From contig OX597817.1 of the NCBI GenBank assembly GCA_951406725.2, forward strand, positions 124,806,001-124,870,000: a DNA stretch of 64,000 bases, written 5' to 3'. Origin of the DNA: Octopus vulgaris. Taxonomy: Eukaryota. Under the pieces are notes generated by a model. The model saw only the letters and a program-made list of their open reading frames with translations. It had not been told where the DNA came from and searched no databases. Shown here piece after piece: positions 1 to 17,766 of the stretch. The first letter of the stretch is position 1. Each line of letters starts with the position of its first letter. The position numbers were made by a program, and so were the translations under genes.

Positions 1-844
1 TTATTATGCTAGAAAGAGCAGCCAAATTTATCTAAAACCATAATTTAGTATCTTAGAAAAACTGTAAAATTTGGTGATGTAGTCCTAACTCTACCAAAAA
101 AATGACTAAATGGTCATCACTATAATAGCAGTCAACTTAATCAAGCCTGGTCTAGGACTAAACAGCAACAATATACAGCATAACAAAGGTAACAAGGAGC
201 ATGCATTATTAAAATATGAAGCAATAGAAAATAACATAGCCATCAAAGATTTTCCAGATCTCAATTGCTACATGAAAAACTTACAATTTTATTAATATTT
301 ACATTTTTTATGTGGTTATTGACAGAGAAAGTTGCAAGGTCTTTTGAAGACTGTAGATTAAATTTAATTAATTATGCTATCTGTAAAAAGAAAAAAGAAT
401 GATCTGAACAAATAGTCAGCTAGAGGAAAATATGTTAGCTAAGAAAAACATAGTCAATGCTAAAATGTATTTTGTTAGTTCTTATGTTGAAAAGTTAAAT
501 TATACAATTTGCTTGTTGTATTCTATATCATTGAATTATAATTCTGAATGAGTGTTAATTTTATTCATTAACCATCTGCGACAAGTGTTATGAAGTAAAG
601 AGAAAGCTCTTATAGTGAGTCATAATGACTATGTACAGTAGGCAGATCTTGGTTAAAGACAAATTAATTTACATGGCTAGTAATAGCAACTAGATGATGC
701 AGTCTTTGAATGATCATTAAAAATATTCAGCTTCAGTCAAAGTAAAAATATTATCATTTCAGGAAAAGCTCTCAACTTGTTTTATTGAGTTTGATGCAAA
801 GTATCAGCTGTCTACAGCCATCAGACTAAGGTGGCATTTATTTA

Positions 845-2596
845 CTGATCATGCTTCAAGAACTCTGCAGAGAACTCTTGCAGTTCCTAGCAATGGTGGT
901 TTTTGTAGGTGTTCTATCTTTACATTGTGGAGGGGCAATGGCCCAGTGGTTAGGGCAGCGGACTCGCGGTCATAAGATCGCGGTTTTGATTCCCAGACCG
1001 GGCGTTGTGAGTGTTTATTGAGCAAAAACACCTAAAGCTCCACAAGGCTCCGGCAGGGGATGGTGGTGATCCCTGCTGTACTCTTTCACCACAACTTTCT
1101 CTCACTCTTACTTCCTGTTTCTGTTGTACCTGTATTTCAAAGGGCTGGCCTTGTTACTCTCTGTGTCACGCTGAATATCCCTGAGAACTACGTTAAGGGT
1201 ACACGTGTCTGTGGAGTGCTCAGCCACTTACGCGTTAATTTCACGAGCAGGCTGTTCCGTTGATTCGGATCAACCGGAACCCTCGTCGTCATAACCGACG
1301 GAGTGCTTCCACCACTATCTTTACATTTATACCAATCTTGTTAAGCTGCATTGGTAGTTGAGTACTGATACTCCCAAGCATGCCAATTAATATTGGTATC
1401 ACATCCACTCACTTCATTGCTCCCAACCTGCTTATTTCCCACTTCAGATCATCATAGGTGTCCAGTTTTTCTTCTTTCTCTTTGATCTTGTTGACACTGA
1501 GACATGCTATGTCGATTATAATGCAAGATTTTTCTTTTTTGTTCACCACAATGTCAGGTTTCTGATGTCTGATCTAAATGGTCACACTGAATCATTGCAT
1601 CCCACAACATTTTGCAGCCTTCATTCTTGGTAATTCTTCTGGGATTTGGTCATACCACATCTTTGTTCTTTGAAGGCCATGACTTTCTCCAGAGCTCCCA
1701 ATGGATCATTCTTGTCACATCGTCATGTGATTTTTTGTAATTGCTTTGTGCCAGTTCCGGGCATTTAATAACCATGTGCCATACTGTTTCACCTCTCTCA
1801 CCACATACTCTCCATTTGTCACTCTCAGTTGTTTTATCAGTTCTGCACTTCGCATAGTTTGTTCTCAATGCTTGTTCTTGTGTCTTTATCTTCATCCCTA
1901 TTGATCAACCCCATTTCTTTTTCACGATCCCTTTTGCTTGGAATTCGCCCCCACATTTTTTTCATGATCCCATTTGATCAGAATTCGCTCCCCTTTTTTT
2001 CCCCTTCTCTTCTTCCCAAAAAGAAAAGTTCTACTTTGTATTTTGTCCCTTCTGTGTTTAGCCCTGCATGACCAATAAAGAAATCTATCTTCAGGTCATT
2101 TCTCTGCATCCATAACCACTGGTCTTCTGTATTTGTCTTAGTGTTTGTATCCCTTGCAGACTGACATATATTTTTAATCTTTCCATGCTATTTCTATTTT
2201 GAGTTCTTTTTCTCTTTAAATTTTCCTTTCTTTACAACAATTATTAATTTTGTGACTTCTGCACATGTTCCAGCAATAGTTCCATGGTATTTTTACATGC
2301 AGTTTTTCTTTGCTTCTATGCAACACTGGCAACTGAAAAAACCTTTCCCACTCTTTTTTCTGGACAAGTACAACCTATCAGTGTCACTCGTGGGATGGAA
2401 TACTCCATACACTGCCAATATTTTCCTTGTCTTTGTATTCCTGCTCATCAATTCTTCTTTTTTTTTTTGCCAGTTTAAGATTCCAGTTCTATACTGAAGT
2501 GATTTTATTGCTTATGTATTTACTGCTTGGGTTCTATTCTAATCCAGTCAATGTTGGAAATATTCTTTCCTTCTGCATGATTTTGTTGAACTCTCT
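845..2596 (-). mobile_element. Degenerate 3' part of an RLE-type non-LTR retrotransposon (R4/Dong-like), interrupted by two insertions
   Basis: The minus strand encodes QEQALRTNY...RVCGERGETVWHMVIKCPELAQSNYKKSHDDV (decayed CCHC finger), KPDIVV...IIIDIAC (PD-(D/E)xK restriction-like endonuclease) and the C-terminus KIEHLQKPPLLGTARVLCRVLEA. Stops and frameshifts are present. Confidence 0.85.
927..1314 (+). mobile_element. tRNA-derived SINE (family A) with 13-bp target-site duplication
   Basis: tRNA-like head (TGGCCCAGTGG A-box; GGTTTTGATTCC B-box-like). Perfect TSD CTATCTTTACATT at 914-926 and 1315-1327. It splits the LINE C-terminal coding sequence. Confidence 0.9.
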
Positions 2597-2624
2597 TATT
2601 ATCATTATTATTATTATTATATGA

Positions 2625-2805
2625 AAATTCACATCTTATTTTGCTGGGTATGATGAAAAGTGTCAGCTGTGCACAGCCAGCAGACAAAGGTGACACTTGT
2701 TTACTGGTGATGCTTCAAAAACCCTGCAAAGAAATCTTGCAGTTGCAAGCAATTCTGATTTTTGTAGGTGTTCTATCTTTACATTTGAACCAAACATTTT
2801 ACTAT
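2625..2805 (-). mobile_element. Second, heavily 5'-truncated R4/Dong-like 3' end
   Basis: Encodes NVKIEHLQKSELLATARFLCRVFEA, paralogous to the C-terminus at 849-926. Flanked by (ATT/ATC)n at 2597-2620 and 2806-2920. Confidence 0.75.
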
Positions 2806-4325
2806 TTATCATCATCATCATCATCATCATTACTATTGTTATTATCATCATTATTATTATCATCATCATTATCATTCATTGTTATTGTTATTATTATTCT
2901 TGTTATTATTATTATTATTATAAAACTATTCATGCTATTTTAGTTAGCAGGAATGTTGTCTTAAGGTTTGATGATATCGAGTCACCTCATTTTTCTGGTT
3001 ATATGTTGAGCATTACCAGATTAGATTATTCCCATAGAGTACTAGCAAAATGAAATATTATTACCCAAGGAAGGGATGTCTGCAATATCCATGAGTAGAC
3101 AATAGAGAAAAAGAAAGCTTCTTGATAAACTTCTAAAATTTCATTTATACATATTACATTTTCACGCACAAAATGGCTACCACATATAGTTATGCCACAT
3201 GGGAAAATAGTGCAGTAACTAAAAAAATAAATCAACACAAAACGAAAACACACAACTAAATGTACAAATGGAAGAAGAAAATAAACAGTATTGAGAACAA
3301 TTATTAGAAGAAAACATCCCAAAAACTCAAATGTGTAATTTGGAAGAGAGTAATAGTAACCAGAACAATGATAACTTTTATATGATTCCAAACAATACAG
3401 TCTGTTCATATAACATATTGAAAACAAACATTCCCTTGATACTAAATGAGCAGACAGAATTTTCAGACCTATCGTAGATACAAAATGTTAATGTGAGAAT
3501 TTTTCAAGTCCAAAAGCATTTCATTGTCTCATTGTCTCAGGAAATATTGCAGAAGAGGAGGAAGAGAAAAATTATATATATATATCTGCTTTTGAAAAGA
3601 TATAGGTGGGTTATGTTATCCTTAAAAGGAAGTACAAAAGCAAACCCGCGAGGACATATTTGGAAAAACTATCTCATTTGAGAATGCCTGATGCTATGGT
3701 GCAATTTGCCATACCTTTAAACTGAAAATGCATCCAAAACACTGACTGAAATTGAGAGACATACCATGAACTATATATTCATGCCTCAGTCCACAGCAGT
3801 CACAATAAGAAATACAACAATCGCAATAAGAGACAGTGGACCCATGGCTTTTTGTGACTGTTGTGTAAGAGTATGATAGAATGATCAAAACAGGGTTTAT
3901 AGAAAAGTGACTTGTGGTCAGGGGATATCTCAATATGAACTTTTAAGTCCTAAGGACTCCACAAGGGTCACACAGCTATGCTAGAACTGTACCTGGTAAA
4001 AAGCACTGTGACAATGGCTATGAGTTCTATCATATGGGTAGAAAGCTTACATATAATTACGACTTGTATACCATTTCCAGGTTTTATTCGACATTTTAAT
4101 GAGTATGTATTGTGCTTGCTGCAAACCGAAGTCAGCCTCAAAGCAAGTCAGACTTGTAATAGTACAACAAACAAAGGAGGTTAACTAGTTTTATAATGAT
4201 AGGTCATTATTCATTCTCCACACCTCTCAAATTGTACTATATTTCATGTCAGCCACTTGAACAGCTAAACTGAACAAGCACGAAACATTAAAGAAAGATA
4301 TATATATACATACATACACACACAC

Positions 4326-4362
<37 letters not shown>

Positions 4363-4647
4363 CAACAATTGAGGGTAAAATTAATTAATTAATTATTAAT
4401 CAATTTCACCAAGTGTTCAGTATGTAAAGGGACCATTTAAGGCGAATTCAAATTATTACATTATATAAAAGGGCTTAGTAAAATAAATTACTTTGCCACA
4501 TACTGAACTCATTAGAAATAGTAGCTAAAAAAACTTTTTAAAACTATTTCTAATACTTAAAGAAAATCTCTCTCATATAGTGTTTGCTCAATTCAACTCA
4601 CGAAAGTATGGGGGTAAAGACATTAAAAAATCAAATGCAAAGGTTAT

Positions 4648-4702
4648 TTGAGAACGTACGTTTCAAGATTAGTCAAACTCGACATTTCTATCATCAGCTC
4701 AG
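4648..4702 (-). ncRNA. Type I hammerhead ribozyme (array copy 1)
   Basis: Minus strand TGAG-CTGATGA-tAGAaatGTCGAgtTTGACtaaTCTt-GAAA-CGTACG-TT-CTCA: intact CUGAUGA/GAAA core, stem I UGAG/CUCA, palindromic stem III, GUU cleavage triplet. Confidence 0.8.
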
Positions 4703-5211
4703 AACTCCTTGGTTTGGATTTGAAAACACTGAAAGTGGGAGCATACCCTTTCGGCTTCTTATCGCTTCTGAAGATCTGCTCGAAACTAATAGTGCCAGCA
4801 CACCCAAAATATGCAAGCGAAGAATTTCTGCTCTCCCCTTTCCACCAGCGTGGGTTAAAATCAGTAAACACTATGCTTTTTCGGTAAATCTGTAACATTA
4901 AATAGAGAGAGATGAATTATAATTTCAACAATTGAGGGTAAAATTAATTAATTAATTATTAATCAATTTCACCAAGTGTTCAGTATGTAAAGGGACCATT
5001 TAAGGTGAATTCAAATTATTACATTATATAAAAGGGCTTAGTAAAATAAATTACTTTGCCACATACTGAACTCATTAGAAATAGTAGCTAAAAAAACTTT
5101 TTTAAAACTATTTCTAATACTTAAAGAAAATCTCTCTCATATAGTGTTTGCTCAATTCAACTCACGAAAGTATGGGGGTAAAGACATTAAAAAATCAAAT
5201 GCAAAGGTTAT

Positions 5212-5266
5212 TTGAGAACGTACGTTTCAAGATTAGTCAAACTCGACATTTCTATCATCAGCTCAG
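5212..5266 (-). ncRNA. Type I hammerhead ribozyme (array copy 2)
   Basis: Same sequence as the motif at 4648-4702, 564 bp away. The third copy (5777-5814) is truncated within stem II. Confidence 0.8.
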
Positions 5267-5861
5267 AACTCCTTGGTTTGGATTTGAAAACACTGAAAGT
5301 GGGAGCATACCCTTTCGGCTTCTTATCGCTTCTGAAGATCTGCTCGAAACTAATAGTGCCAGCACACCCAAAATATACAAGCGAAGAATTTCTGCTCTCC
5401 CCTTTCCACCAGCGTGGGTTAAAATCAGTAAACACTATGCTTTTTCGGTAAATCTGTAACATTAAATAGAGAGAGATGAATTATAATTTCAACAATTGAG
5501 GGTAAAATTAATTAATTAATTATTAATCAATTTCACCAAGTGTTCAGTATGTAAAGGGACCATTTAAGGTGAATTCAAATTATTACATTATATAAAAGGG
5601 CTTAGTAAAATAAATTACTTTGCCACATACTGAACTCATTAGAAATAGTAGCTAAAAAAACTTTTTAAAAACTATTTCTAATACTTAAAGAAAATCTCTC
5701 TCATATAGTGTTTGCTCAATTCAACTCACGAAAGTATGGGGGTAAAGACATTAAAAAATCAAATGCAAAGGTTATTTGAGAACGTACGTTTCAAGATTAG
5801 TCAAACTCAACATTAGAAATAGTTTTAAAAAAGTTTTTTTATATATTTCTAATGAGTTCAG

Positions 5862-9785
<3,924 letters not shown>

Positions 9786-9847
9786 TAGATGCACCAAAAA
9801 AAACTATACTGATTTAACAATACAGTAATGTGGGGTGATTATAAGCG

Positions 9848-10117
9848 AGAATGAAGCAACAAGAATGGATAGGTTTTTAGTACAATCGTTTCATACAAGG
9901 ACAGGTTTATTAAAAGTTGCAAAAATTACAGCATATAAACGTGTCCGTACTCATCAGCTAAAATACATGTGAGTTCTCTAGACATCCTAGTGGTTGAGGC
10001 TATACTCATGAAGTAATGTAGATAATTAAGTAACATAAACAGATTTCAAAAGTTCATTCAAGTTCTTTAAAGATTGTATGAAACGATTGTACTAAAACCT
10101 ATCCATTCTTGTTGCTT

Positions 10118-10123
<6 letters not shown>
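9848..10123 (-). mobile_element. Short PLE pseudo-LTR fragment with inverted terminal duplication
   Basis: About 50-bp inverted repeat at 9848-9898 and 10074-10123. Contains a hammerhead and lies between (TA)n tracts. Confidence 0.75.
9875..9963 (-). ncRNA. Type I hammerhead ribozyme
   Basis: TTTTAG-CTGATGA-GTACGGACACGTTTAT...ATAAACCTGTCCTTGTAT-GAAA-CGATTG-TA-CTAAAA: 6-bp stem I, long stem II, GUA site. Confidence 0.85.
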
Positions 10124-10208
<85 letters not shown>

Positions 10209-10877
10209 TGTATGTATGTATGTATGTATGAGTTGGATGGTTTGACTGAAAACTGCTAAGTTGGGGAGCTGCACCAGGTTTCAATCTGATTTGGCAAGGT
10301 TTTTACAGTTGGATGCCCTTCCTAATGCCAACCACTCTGAGAGTGTAGTGGATGTTTTTACATGTCACCAGCATGGGTACCATTCACCTGACATTGGCAT
10401 TGGCCACAATTACGGTCTCACTTGGCTTAACAGGACTACATAAACACAGTATATCAGTAAAGGCCCTGGTCACTGGTTACTGCCTCTATGAGGCCCAATG
10501 CTTGAATGCTCTAAGTACAAAGTAATGTGTTTAGTACAATTACAGTGATAAGGAAGAGAAAGAGAGTCAGTGGTTGTCAAGAAGGCACATCATTCCTTCT
10601 CATTACACCCCGGTGGTCTGATTCAGAAGAAGCATCTGAAGTATTAATAGGGTTAGAAATAGGGCTCTGAGGCATCATTTGTTTGGGAGGCTCAAGTATT
10701 GCTTGTTTTGACACAAAATTACAAGTGACATCACAACCAGGAGCATGGTCTCTTAATGGTAGATAACATAACATTCATGAAATGTGTATTTGCATTCAGG
10801 AGTTCCACATCCTCTAGTAAAAGGTTACGTTTACTTACATTTACTTGAGTGGTTGTGACACTTCCGAAACAACTTAG

Positions 10878-10909
<32 letters not shown>

Positions 10910-13900
10910 AAACACCCACACACACAAACACACACACACACACACACGGGTTCTTTCAGTTTCTGTGTACCATTTGTTCATTTATTTGTAATACTGAGCC
11001 TAAGAATTTTTCCTTTTCTGCTACCAAAGTTTTCATTGGCAGTGCTCTGAAAACTGGAGTTTGTTGGTCTATTGTAACTGATGAGCATTATTTTTTTGTA
11101 TTTGTTTTCCTTGTTTTTGCTTTCTTTTTCTTTGGAGCATTCAGCTCTAAGGTTGTTATTCTGACAAATATAACAATTAGGCTTTGATTTTTAAGAGAGT
11201 CCTTCCTTCAATTACAAAAAACTCAGAATTGGCTTTGGTTGTTATTTGAACTCAGGATGTTAAGGGCTGTAACTAAATACCACATGGTATTTTGTTCAAC
11301 ACTAGTAATTGTGAAACGTCACCCACTCTAATTAGAATGGTAATAATAACGACCGTAGTAACACCATCAATTTCTCTATGTTCACATCAATGGACTGTGT
11401 CCTCTACACAACATAGCTTTATGCATCTCCATTTCTCACTCATTCAGTGAAGGTTCTATGTAAAGTAGTTTATATGAAGAAGGACATCTAGTCATATAAA
11501 GCATGTCAGAACTGAAGCATTGGAATAGAACACAGTTCTCCACCTTGTTGAATCCTATTAAACCATCCAGCCAAAGTCAGCATGGAGAATGGATTTAAAA
11601 GAATAATGATGATAATTACGATGGTGATGACAATGGCGATGAAGGCAATGGTACCACCACTAATGCAAGTACCACCAAAGCAAATGTCACTACCTCTACT
11701 GCCTTTGATGATAGCTCCATTAATTATAAATTTCTGCATGTTCATAAATCTGAACCCTGTCTACTATACAGCACATCTCCATTCATCTTTACTTCCCAAA
11801 GTGTAGCTGCACTCATATTCAATCTTGTGTCATCTGATGTTTGCGATCTAATTTATACAAATCTTCAATGCTTCTCAAATTTATTTTACTCTTAATTTAT
11901 CTATAATAAAGATGAAATAATTAACATTAATAGTTTGTTGTTACAAATTGTATGATAATGCCCAAGTTCATTGGTAACTTATTTATCTATAGATACTATC
12001 ACATAGGAACCCTCTCCCCATCTCTCTCACACACTTTTGTGCTTTCTCTCAAAATAAAATCGTGAAAAGCTTTCAGACTGAACTTGCAACAAATTATTCA
12101 GCTTGTATATCAAAATACCATATTCATCCTAAGTTTTACTAATTTTAGTTGCTCTATTTTTGAATTTATTAATGGACAGCTTACAAATTATTACTTCAGC
12201 CTAAAGCTACTTCAAGATTGAGTCACTTCCTTAACATAGACATCTTTGTTCTCTTGTATATAATCAGTTTATTAGTTTTCTCATTAAGTTCCTGTAAATA
12301 TCTGCCTTTTTATTGACCCCTTTGATACTTACTAATAAAAATCAATAGATATTTGTCCTCATTTCCCTTCGGAGACTGTCCATCTTTTATTAGAACTGTT
12401 GTTATTTAAAAGTGATCCATCTCATGTTTTAAAGAACACTACTTTTATAATTACAAACCAGTGCATTTATAATGAACACAAAATAGGGGAATGTAGAATC
12501 CATCAAAGCGATATGAAGTGTATGAATGCGTGAATGTTTGTATGTATGTATCATCATCATCATCATCATTCATTAAAGTCCGTTTTCCTTGCTGGCATAG
12601 GCTGGACAGAAAGTAGCCAACAAGCCTCTACAGAGAATCGAACTCTGTACTTTTCAAATTTCTGGCTGAGATGTACACACACATGTGTGTGTGTGTGTGT
12701 GCAGCGATTTGGATTTGAGTAGTATGTCAATTAAAACACATTCACCATTTGGGCTACCTGATGTCATCCACTATTATGATATAACTGTCACTGGATCTCT
12801 ATCAGGGAATCTGCATAGTGTGTTGAGTTTATAACTGATGTAGCAAGTAGAAGGTGGATTTAGTACTAAATCTATGTTCTATTTCCTTCATCAATTATCA
12901 TCATCATCGTTTAACGTCCGCTTTCCATGCTAGCATGGGTTGGACATATATATAATTATGTATATGATATATATATAATTATGTATATGATATATATATA
13001 ATTATGTATATGATATATATATAATTATGTATGTATATGTATGCATGTATGTTTGTATATAGATAGATAGATAGACAGAGAGTGAATAACACTCAATTAA
13101 GTTATAAGATGTATAATACAAAACGTAAAAGATAATAGTTATGTAGTATTTACTAGGTATCATTCATAAACATCTCTGCACAATCTTTGAATTAAAAAAG
13201 GCATATCTAGGGCTGATATCAGATGAGATTCATTTGTGTATTCCTGGGCCGTCTTTTGTAGTTGGGGACGGGGGAGGAAAATAAAATTTATCTATCCATA
13301 AATACATACAATCTCCATGTCACCAATATTGTCCAAAATAGAGACTGTTACTTCACACCTGATAAAACTTTGAACAAGTGCCATTGTAGGTATTATCACA
13401 ACACAAAGTACTGGAGCAGATATTGCAAAGCATTCCACCGTCCTGGATTGATATATTTATATCAACTCTGAAAGAACAAAGGGCAAAGCTAACCTAGGGT
13501 AGAATTTGAACTCGGAATGTTGAGAGTCAGAAAAAATGCGTCAGGACAGTTTTTCTAATGCTTTAATGACTTTGCCAACTTGCAACTTTCAGACAGCATA
13601 TATAGATAATATTATTGTACTTGTTTTAAGAATATCCAGTAGAAGGAAGATGGGTAGTTTAGAATTTTATTCATAGGTGCCTAAGGGAAAGATATAAGCA
13701 GGATGCATTTATATGGTTAGTTGACTGGCTAGAAATAGCAGTCATATATCTTCCAAGTCATTGGATAATGTAACCTATACACAAAGAAAGATACAGTGGT
13801 CATGATCAAGAAGCAGTGACTGTAGATTTGTTCTATTGGAACTGGCCTGGGTTAAATAATAACAGTATCAACAATGACACAGACAGTGAAGCATTCTACA

Positions 13901-16299
13901 GATATACAATGCTGATGAGGAGTCTCTGGTTTGAAGTATAAAGCTAAAAAGATCAGATAAGAGAAGAGATGATAAATGATTCAGATAATTGTGAGGGAAA
14001 TGGTAAGTAACTTGCTAGACCAAAAGCCATCATAATAGAGATAAAAGAGGCAACAAGAGTAATCAGTACTTCTAGGAATGGTACTTAACTACTCAGTTGG
14101 TTGGCCCTTGTTTGGTGTAGCAAAAGCTTGTCACATTGGTAGGTAATGATCTTATGTGGGCCATACTTGAGTTTTGATCACATCTCAAGCGATTTTTAGT
14201 TCTAAAAAGAAGCTTGGTATTTAAAGTTCAAGTGAATTATTCAAAATGTTTGTTTATTGATGAATAGATTTCAGCTGCTGGTGGCAAAAATTCTTCTTTC
14301 AGATACATCTTATTAAATGCTAAAACCAAATCAAGGTGTCTATATGATATGCCACAGACCATGTTTTGTTATTGTATGAATATTTTAATGTCATGTGCAG
14401 CTTATTTATTTGTTAACATAGGTGCTCTAAGATGTTTAGCTCTTTAACATTCAAGTTACTTCATCACATGTTATGCTGTTCATCATCATCATCATCATCA
14501 TTTGACAGGAGCCGGCCAGGTAAAAGGCTACACTAGGCTATTATGTCTTTTTTTGGCATGTTGTTTATGGCTGGATGGCTTTTTGAAAACCAACCACCCA
14601 ACAGAGTGGATTGCGTGTGTTTTACATGGCACCAGCACAGGTGAGGTCAGTTTTGGCATGGTTATTTCAGATGGATGCCTTTTAAATGCCAAACACTTTA
14701 CAGTGTGGACCTGAGTGCTTTTCACATGGCACCAGTACTGGCAGAGTCACCAAGTAACTTACAATACAAGGAATTTTGAGAAGGAGGTGGAGGTGATCTT
14801 GTGTCAGATTATGAAAGATTAGAATGTGGTAGAGAGACAGAGGTAGAAACAGGTGTCTTGCTAGAGAGGAGGTACATGGTTATTTGGCCAAGAGAGACAG
14901 AAAGAGAGAGAGAGAAAGAGGGAGAGAAAAAGAAACTCAGACAAACAAAGGGAGAGTGATAGAGAGGAAGAGAGAGGGTAAGTGAGAGAGAGAGGGGGGG
15001 AGAGAGAAGTAACAAGAAAGAGGACAGAAATATGTATACTAATGTAAAGGAGAGATTGGTTACCTAGCCAGAGGGAAGAGCAAAAGAAGGGGAGAGAGAG
15101 AGCGAGAGAGAGAGAGTGTGATCAAGAATGAAGGCAGAAGCAGGTGTGCTGCCATAGAGGAGATACATAGTTACTCAACCTGAGGGAAGAGCAAGGAAAA
15201 GAAAGAGAGAGTGGAAGAAAGGAAGAGTGTTATACTTATATATTCACATTTTGTAAAATTAATCCTGTATTATCTTGTAGCTTTGAGATTTCAAAGATGT
15301 GATTATATATTCTTAGTATGACATTGCAAGGTAGGAGTGAGAGGCTGGATCTGGCATAAAACTAGTAGAATATTTGAGTTAAGTTGAATTCTATAGAAGA
15401 AGCTGAATGTAAGCTAGAGGAACATAAAGTGATAAAAAAATGTTAATTACTGGGTAAATAATAATTAGAAGTGCATTTGAAATTTCTCAAATAAATAAAT
15501 CTTTCAAAATCTATAAAAGGAATCCAAATGCAAATGAAGTTTTAAAACAAAAATATTTCAAAGTTTATATATACACATGTATATATATATTGTCTGATAA
15601 GAAATCCAATATAACCTAGTGAAAATACAAAGTGTTAAGAATTGCAAACGATAACAAAAGCTAATTATTGATGAATACTATTTGGAAACACATTTGGGAT
15701 GCAAGATTAGTGGGATATGGTGAGTGGAAAAATAAATGTAGATTTTAAAAAACTATAAATGAACACTGCACACAAACGAAAATTTAAACATAAATATATT
15801 CTCTGTTGAAGACAAAAAAAAACTGATGGAATTAATATTTCTCAATATACCACATATATGTAATATAAGTAGGCATTTTAAATTTGAGAATATTTCTCTT
15901 AAAATTCTCTCTTCTTACTCTCTCTTGTGTGTAGAGCATGAAATGTATAAAACAACCTTTTAAACAATTCTGAAATAAAAATGAAACAAGACTTTGTAGA
16001 TAGCAATATTTTTTAAATATATTGTTTCTTTTATTAGTTTACCTCCTTCCATGCTACATTTAAATGACAATATTATATGCGCACTAAAAACTAGCATTTC
16101 ATCAGATATTGCCTGAAGCATCATTTATCGTCAAGTCTCATTTCACTATATATCCTACATACATATATGCACTAATATGTTCAAATGTGTGTGTGTGCGT
16201 ATATGTATATATATATATATATAATATATTAATGAATAAAACATATGCATATATATGTACATATATGTACATACCTACCTCTACATGTATATATATACG

Positions 16300-16858
16300 C
16301 ATATATGAGTACAGGACACCAAAAAAACGTCGAACACAATGAGAAATGAAAACATAGACACAAACACAAGGAACTGGACATTTTTCTTAAACAACAAAAA
16401 AAGAGTACAGGACAAATAACACACGGAAAAAAACCCTTCTTCAGTCGCCATGGTTTCATCTACTCTACGTTTCGAAGGTGAAGGCGAGACGTATCTTCGA
16501 TAAGAAACTTTCCTTCCTGCGAAAAGCAAATCAAATAAAATTTGAGATCTTTTTTGCAGAGGGGTAAAATGGTAACAAAACCAGGACAGTAACGACAGTA
16601 CAGTTCAGAATAACACAGGCTGCTAATGTGAAACAGATGTTATGGGAGAGGATGTGCAGAAAGGAGAAGGAAAAGTGTAATGGAGAGAGTAGAGGTAAGT
16701 AAATAAGGGAATGTTGCAGAGAGGGTGGAGGAAGGATTAAAGAGGGTTAAAAAGAATTAAGAGGAGGTGAAAGGATTAAAGGAGAAACGTTCATTCATAC
16801 CTGTTGGGGACATAGTGCCAAGATCAAATATGAGACGTTGCTCCTTTCAATTCCTAGA
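16300..16858 (-). mobile_element. 3' end of a different PLE lineage (GIY-YIG C-terminus plus pLTR)
   Basis: Minus 16858-16793 reads RN*KEQRLIFDLGTMSPTGMNERF, matching the E..LIF.LGT..P.GLN..F end of PLE GIY-YIG domains. A pyrimidine-rich 3' region follows. Confidence 0.6.
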
Positions 16859-17766
16859 GAAGTGGGGTCCATGGTGCTGAAATTTGATGTGGTGGAGAAT
16901 ACTCCCTCAAAGTGCTGGGTGTTTGAGAGTGTATTATCCACCACACCAAATCACAGCCTACCAGCAAATACATGAAGCATGTGCATAAAGTATTTGTGGT
17001 TGCTAATGTGTATTGCTCTAGGGCTGTTTCTGTTTCATATTTGAATACAACAGACAATTGGAGTTTGGACAGCTCCCAGCTGGCCAGTTTTCATGTCAAA
17101 TGGGCCATCCCATGCCAGTATAGAAAACAGACGTTAAATGATGAAGATGATATTGATGATGATGATGATGATGATGGTGATCATGATGATGATGATGATG
17201 GTACTGGTGATGGTGATGATGATGATGATGATATACGCATGCATATATACACACATTTAGACAGTTACAAACATGCAGACCCGTGCGCACACACACATGT
17301 ATGTATTTAAAATAATAAAGAATTAAGATGTATTAACTTACAAATGTTTTGAATAGTTTAGCAAACTTTTGCACTTTGTAATTTGGATATTTAATCAGTT
17401 TTTCAGTTTCTCAATTAATTAAACAGAATTACAGAACTGCTGACTCCAAACTTATTTTTCTCAATGCTTCTATGTTTTTGCTAAACTTTTGTATGCACCG
17501 AGATATTATGGAACAGGTTGACAAACTATATATACCAGATTTGTGTCTCAGTTTTATTGCCAAGTATACATTTCACAATTAAGGGAAGTATTTTTATCAG
17601 ATGCTATTAGTTTAATTAGTGCTAAGGTGTGTGTTTTTGTTATGTTATTAAATACTGCCTAAGTTTTTTGAAAACTCAATGAACCTTAAGAGAAATGCCA
17701 AGATTAATATAGAATTGTAGAATTTTGACTGCTAGAAGAAATTATAAGTTACATTGAATAAAACAT

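Noticed and set aside
927-1005. tRNA gene
   Set aside because: The tRNA-like sequence is a SINE head: it continues into a SINE body and is bounded by a TSD.
2945-4184. Coding-like stretch with several short ORFs
   Set aside because: Multiple stops in all frames and no identifiable domain; possibly a decayed TE but not supportable.
4760-4800. Plus-strand hammerhead-like CTGAAGA...CGAAAC in the tandem unit, which would imply ribozymes in both polarities as in viroids
   Set aside because: No stem II pairing, the would-be cleavage triplet is GUG (not NUH), and there is no adjacent stem I.
4584-5462. Duplicated 79-103 aa ORFs in the tandem array
   Set aside because: No recognisable motifs; their repetition only reflects the DNA duplication.
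4359-5814. CRISPR-like or LTR interpretation of the direct repeats
   Set aside because: Whole units repeat without unique spacers, there are no TG...CA ends, PBS or PPT, and the context is eukaryotic.
10577-11250. Possible coding remnant on the minus strand
   Set aside because: Short frames broken by stops and a (CA)n tract; no family motif recognised.
13895-13935. QIYNADEESLV resembling the pogo/Tigger IYNADETGL motif, overlapping a CTGATGA
   Set aside because: Too short, with no further transposase motifs; no downstream GAAA or stems for a hammerhead.
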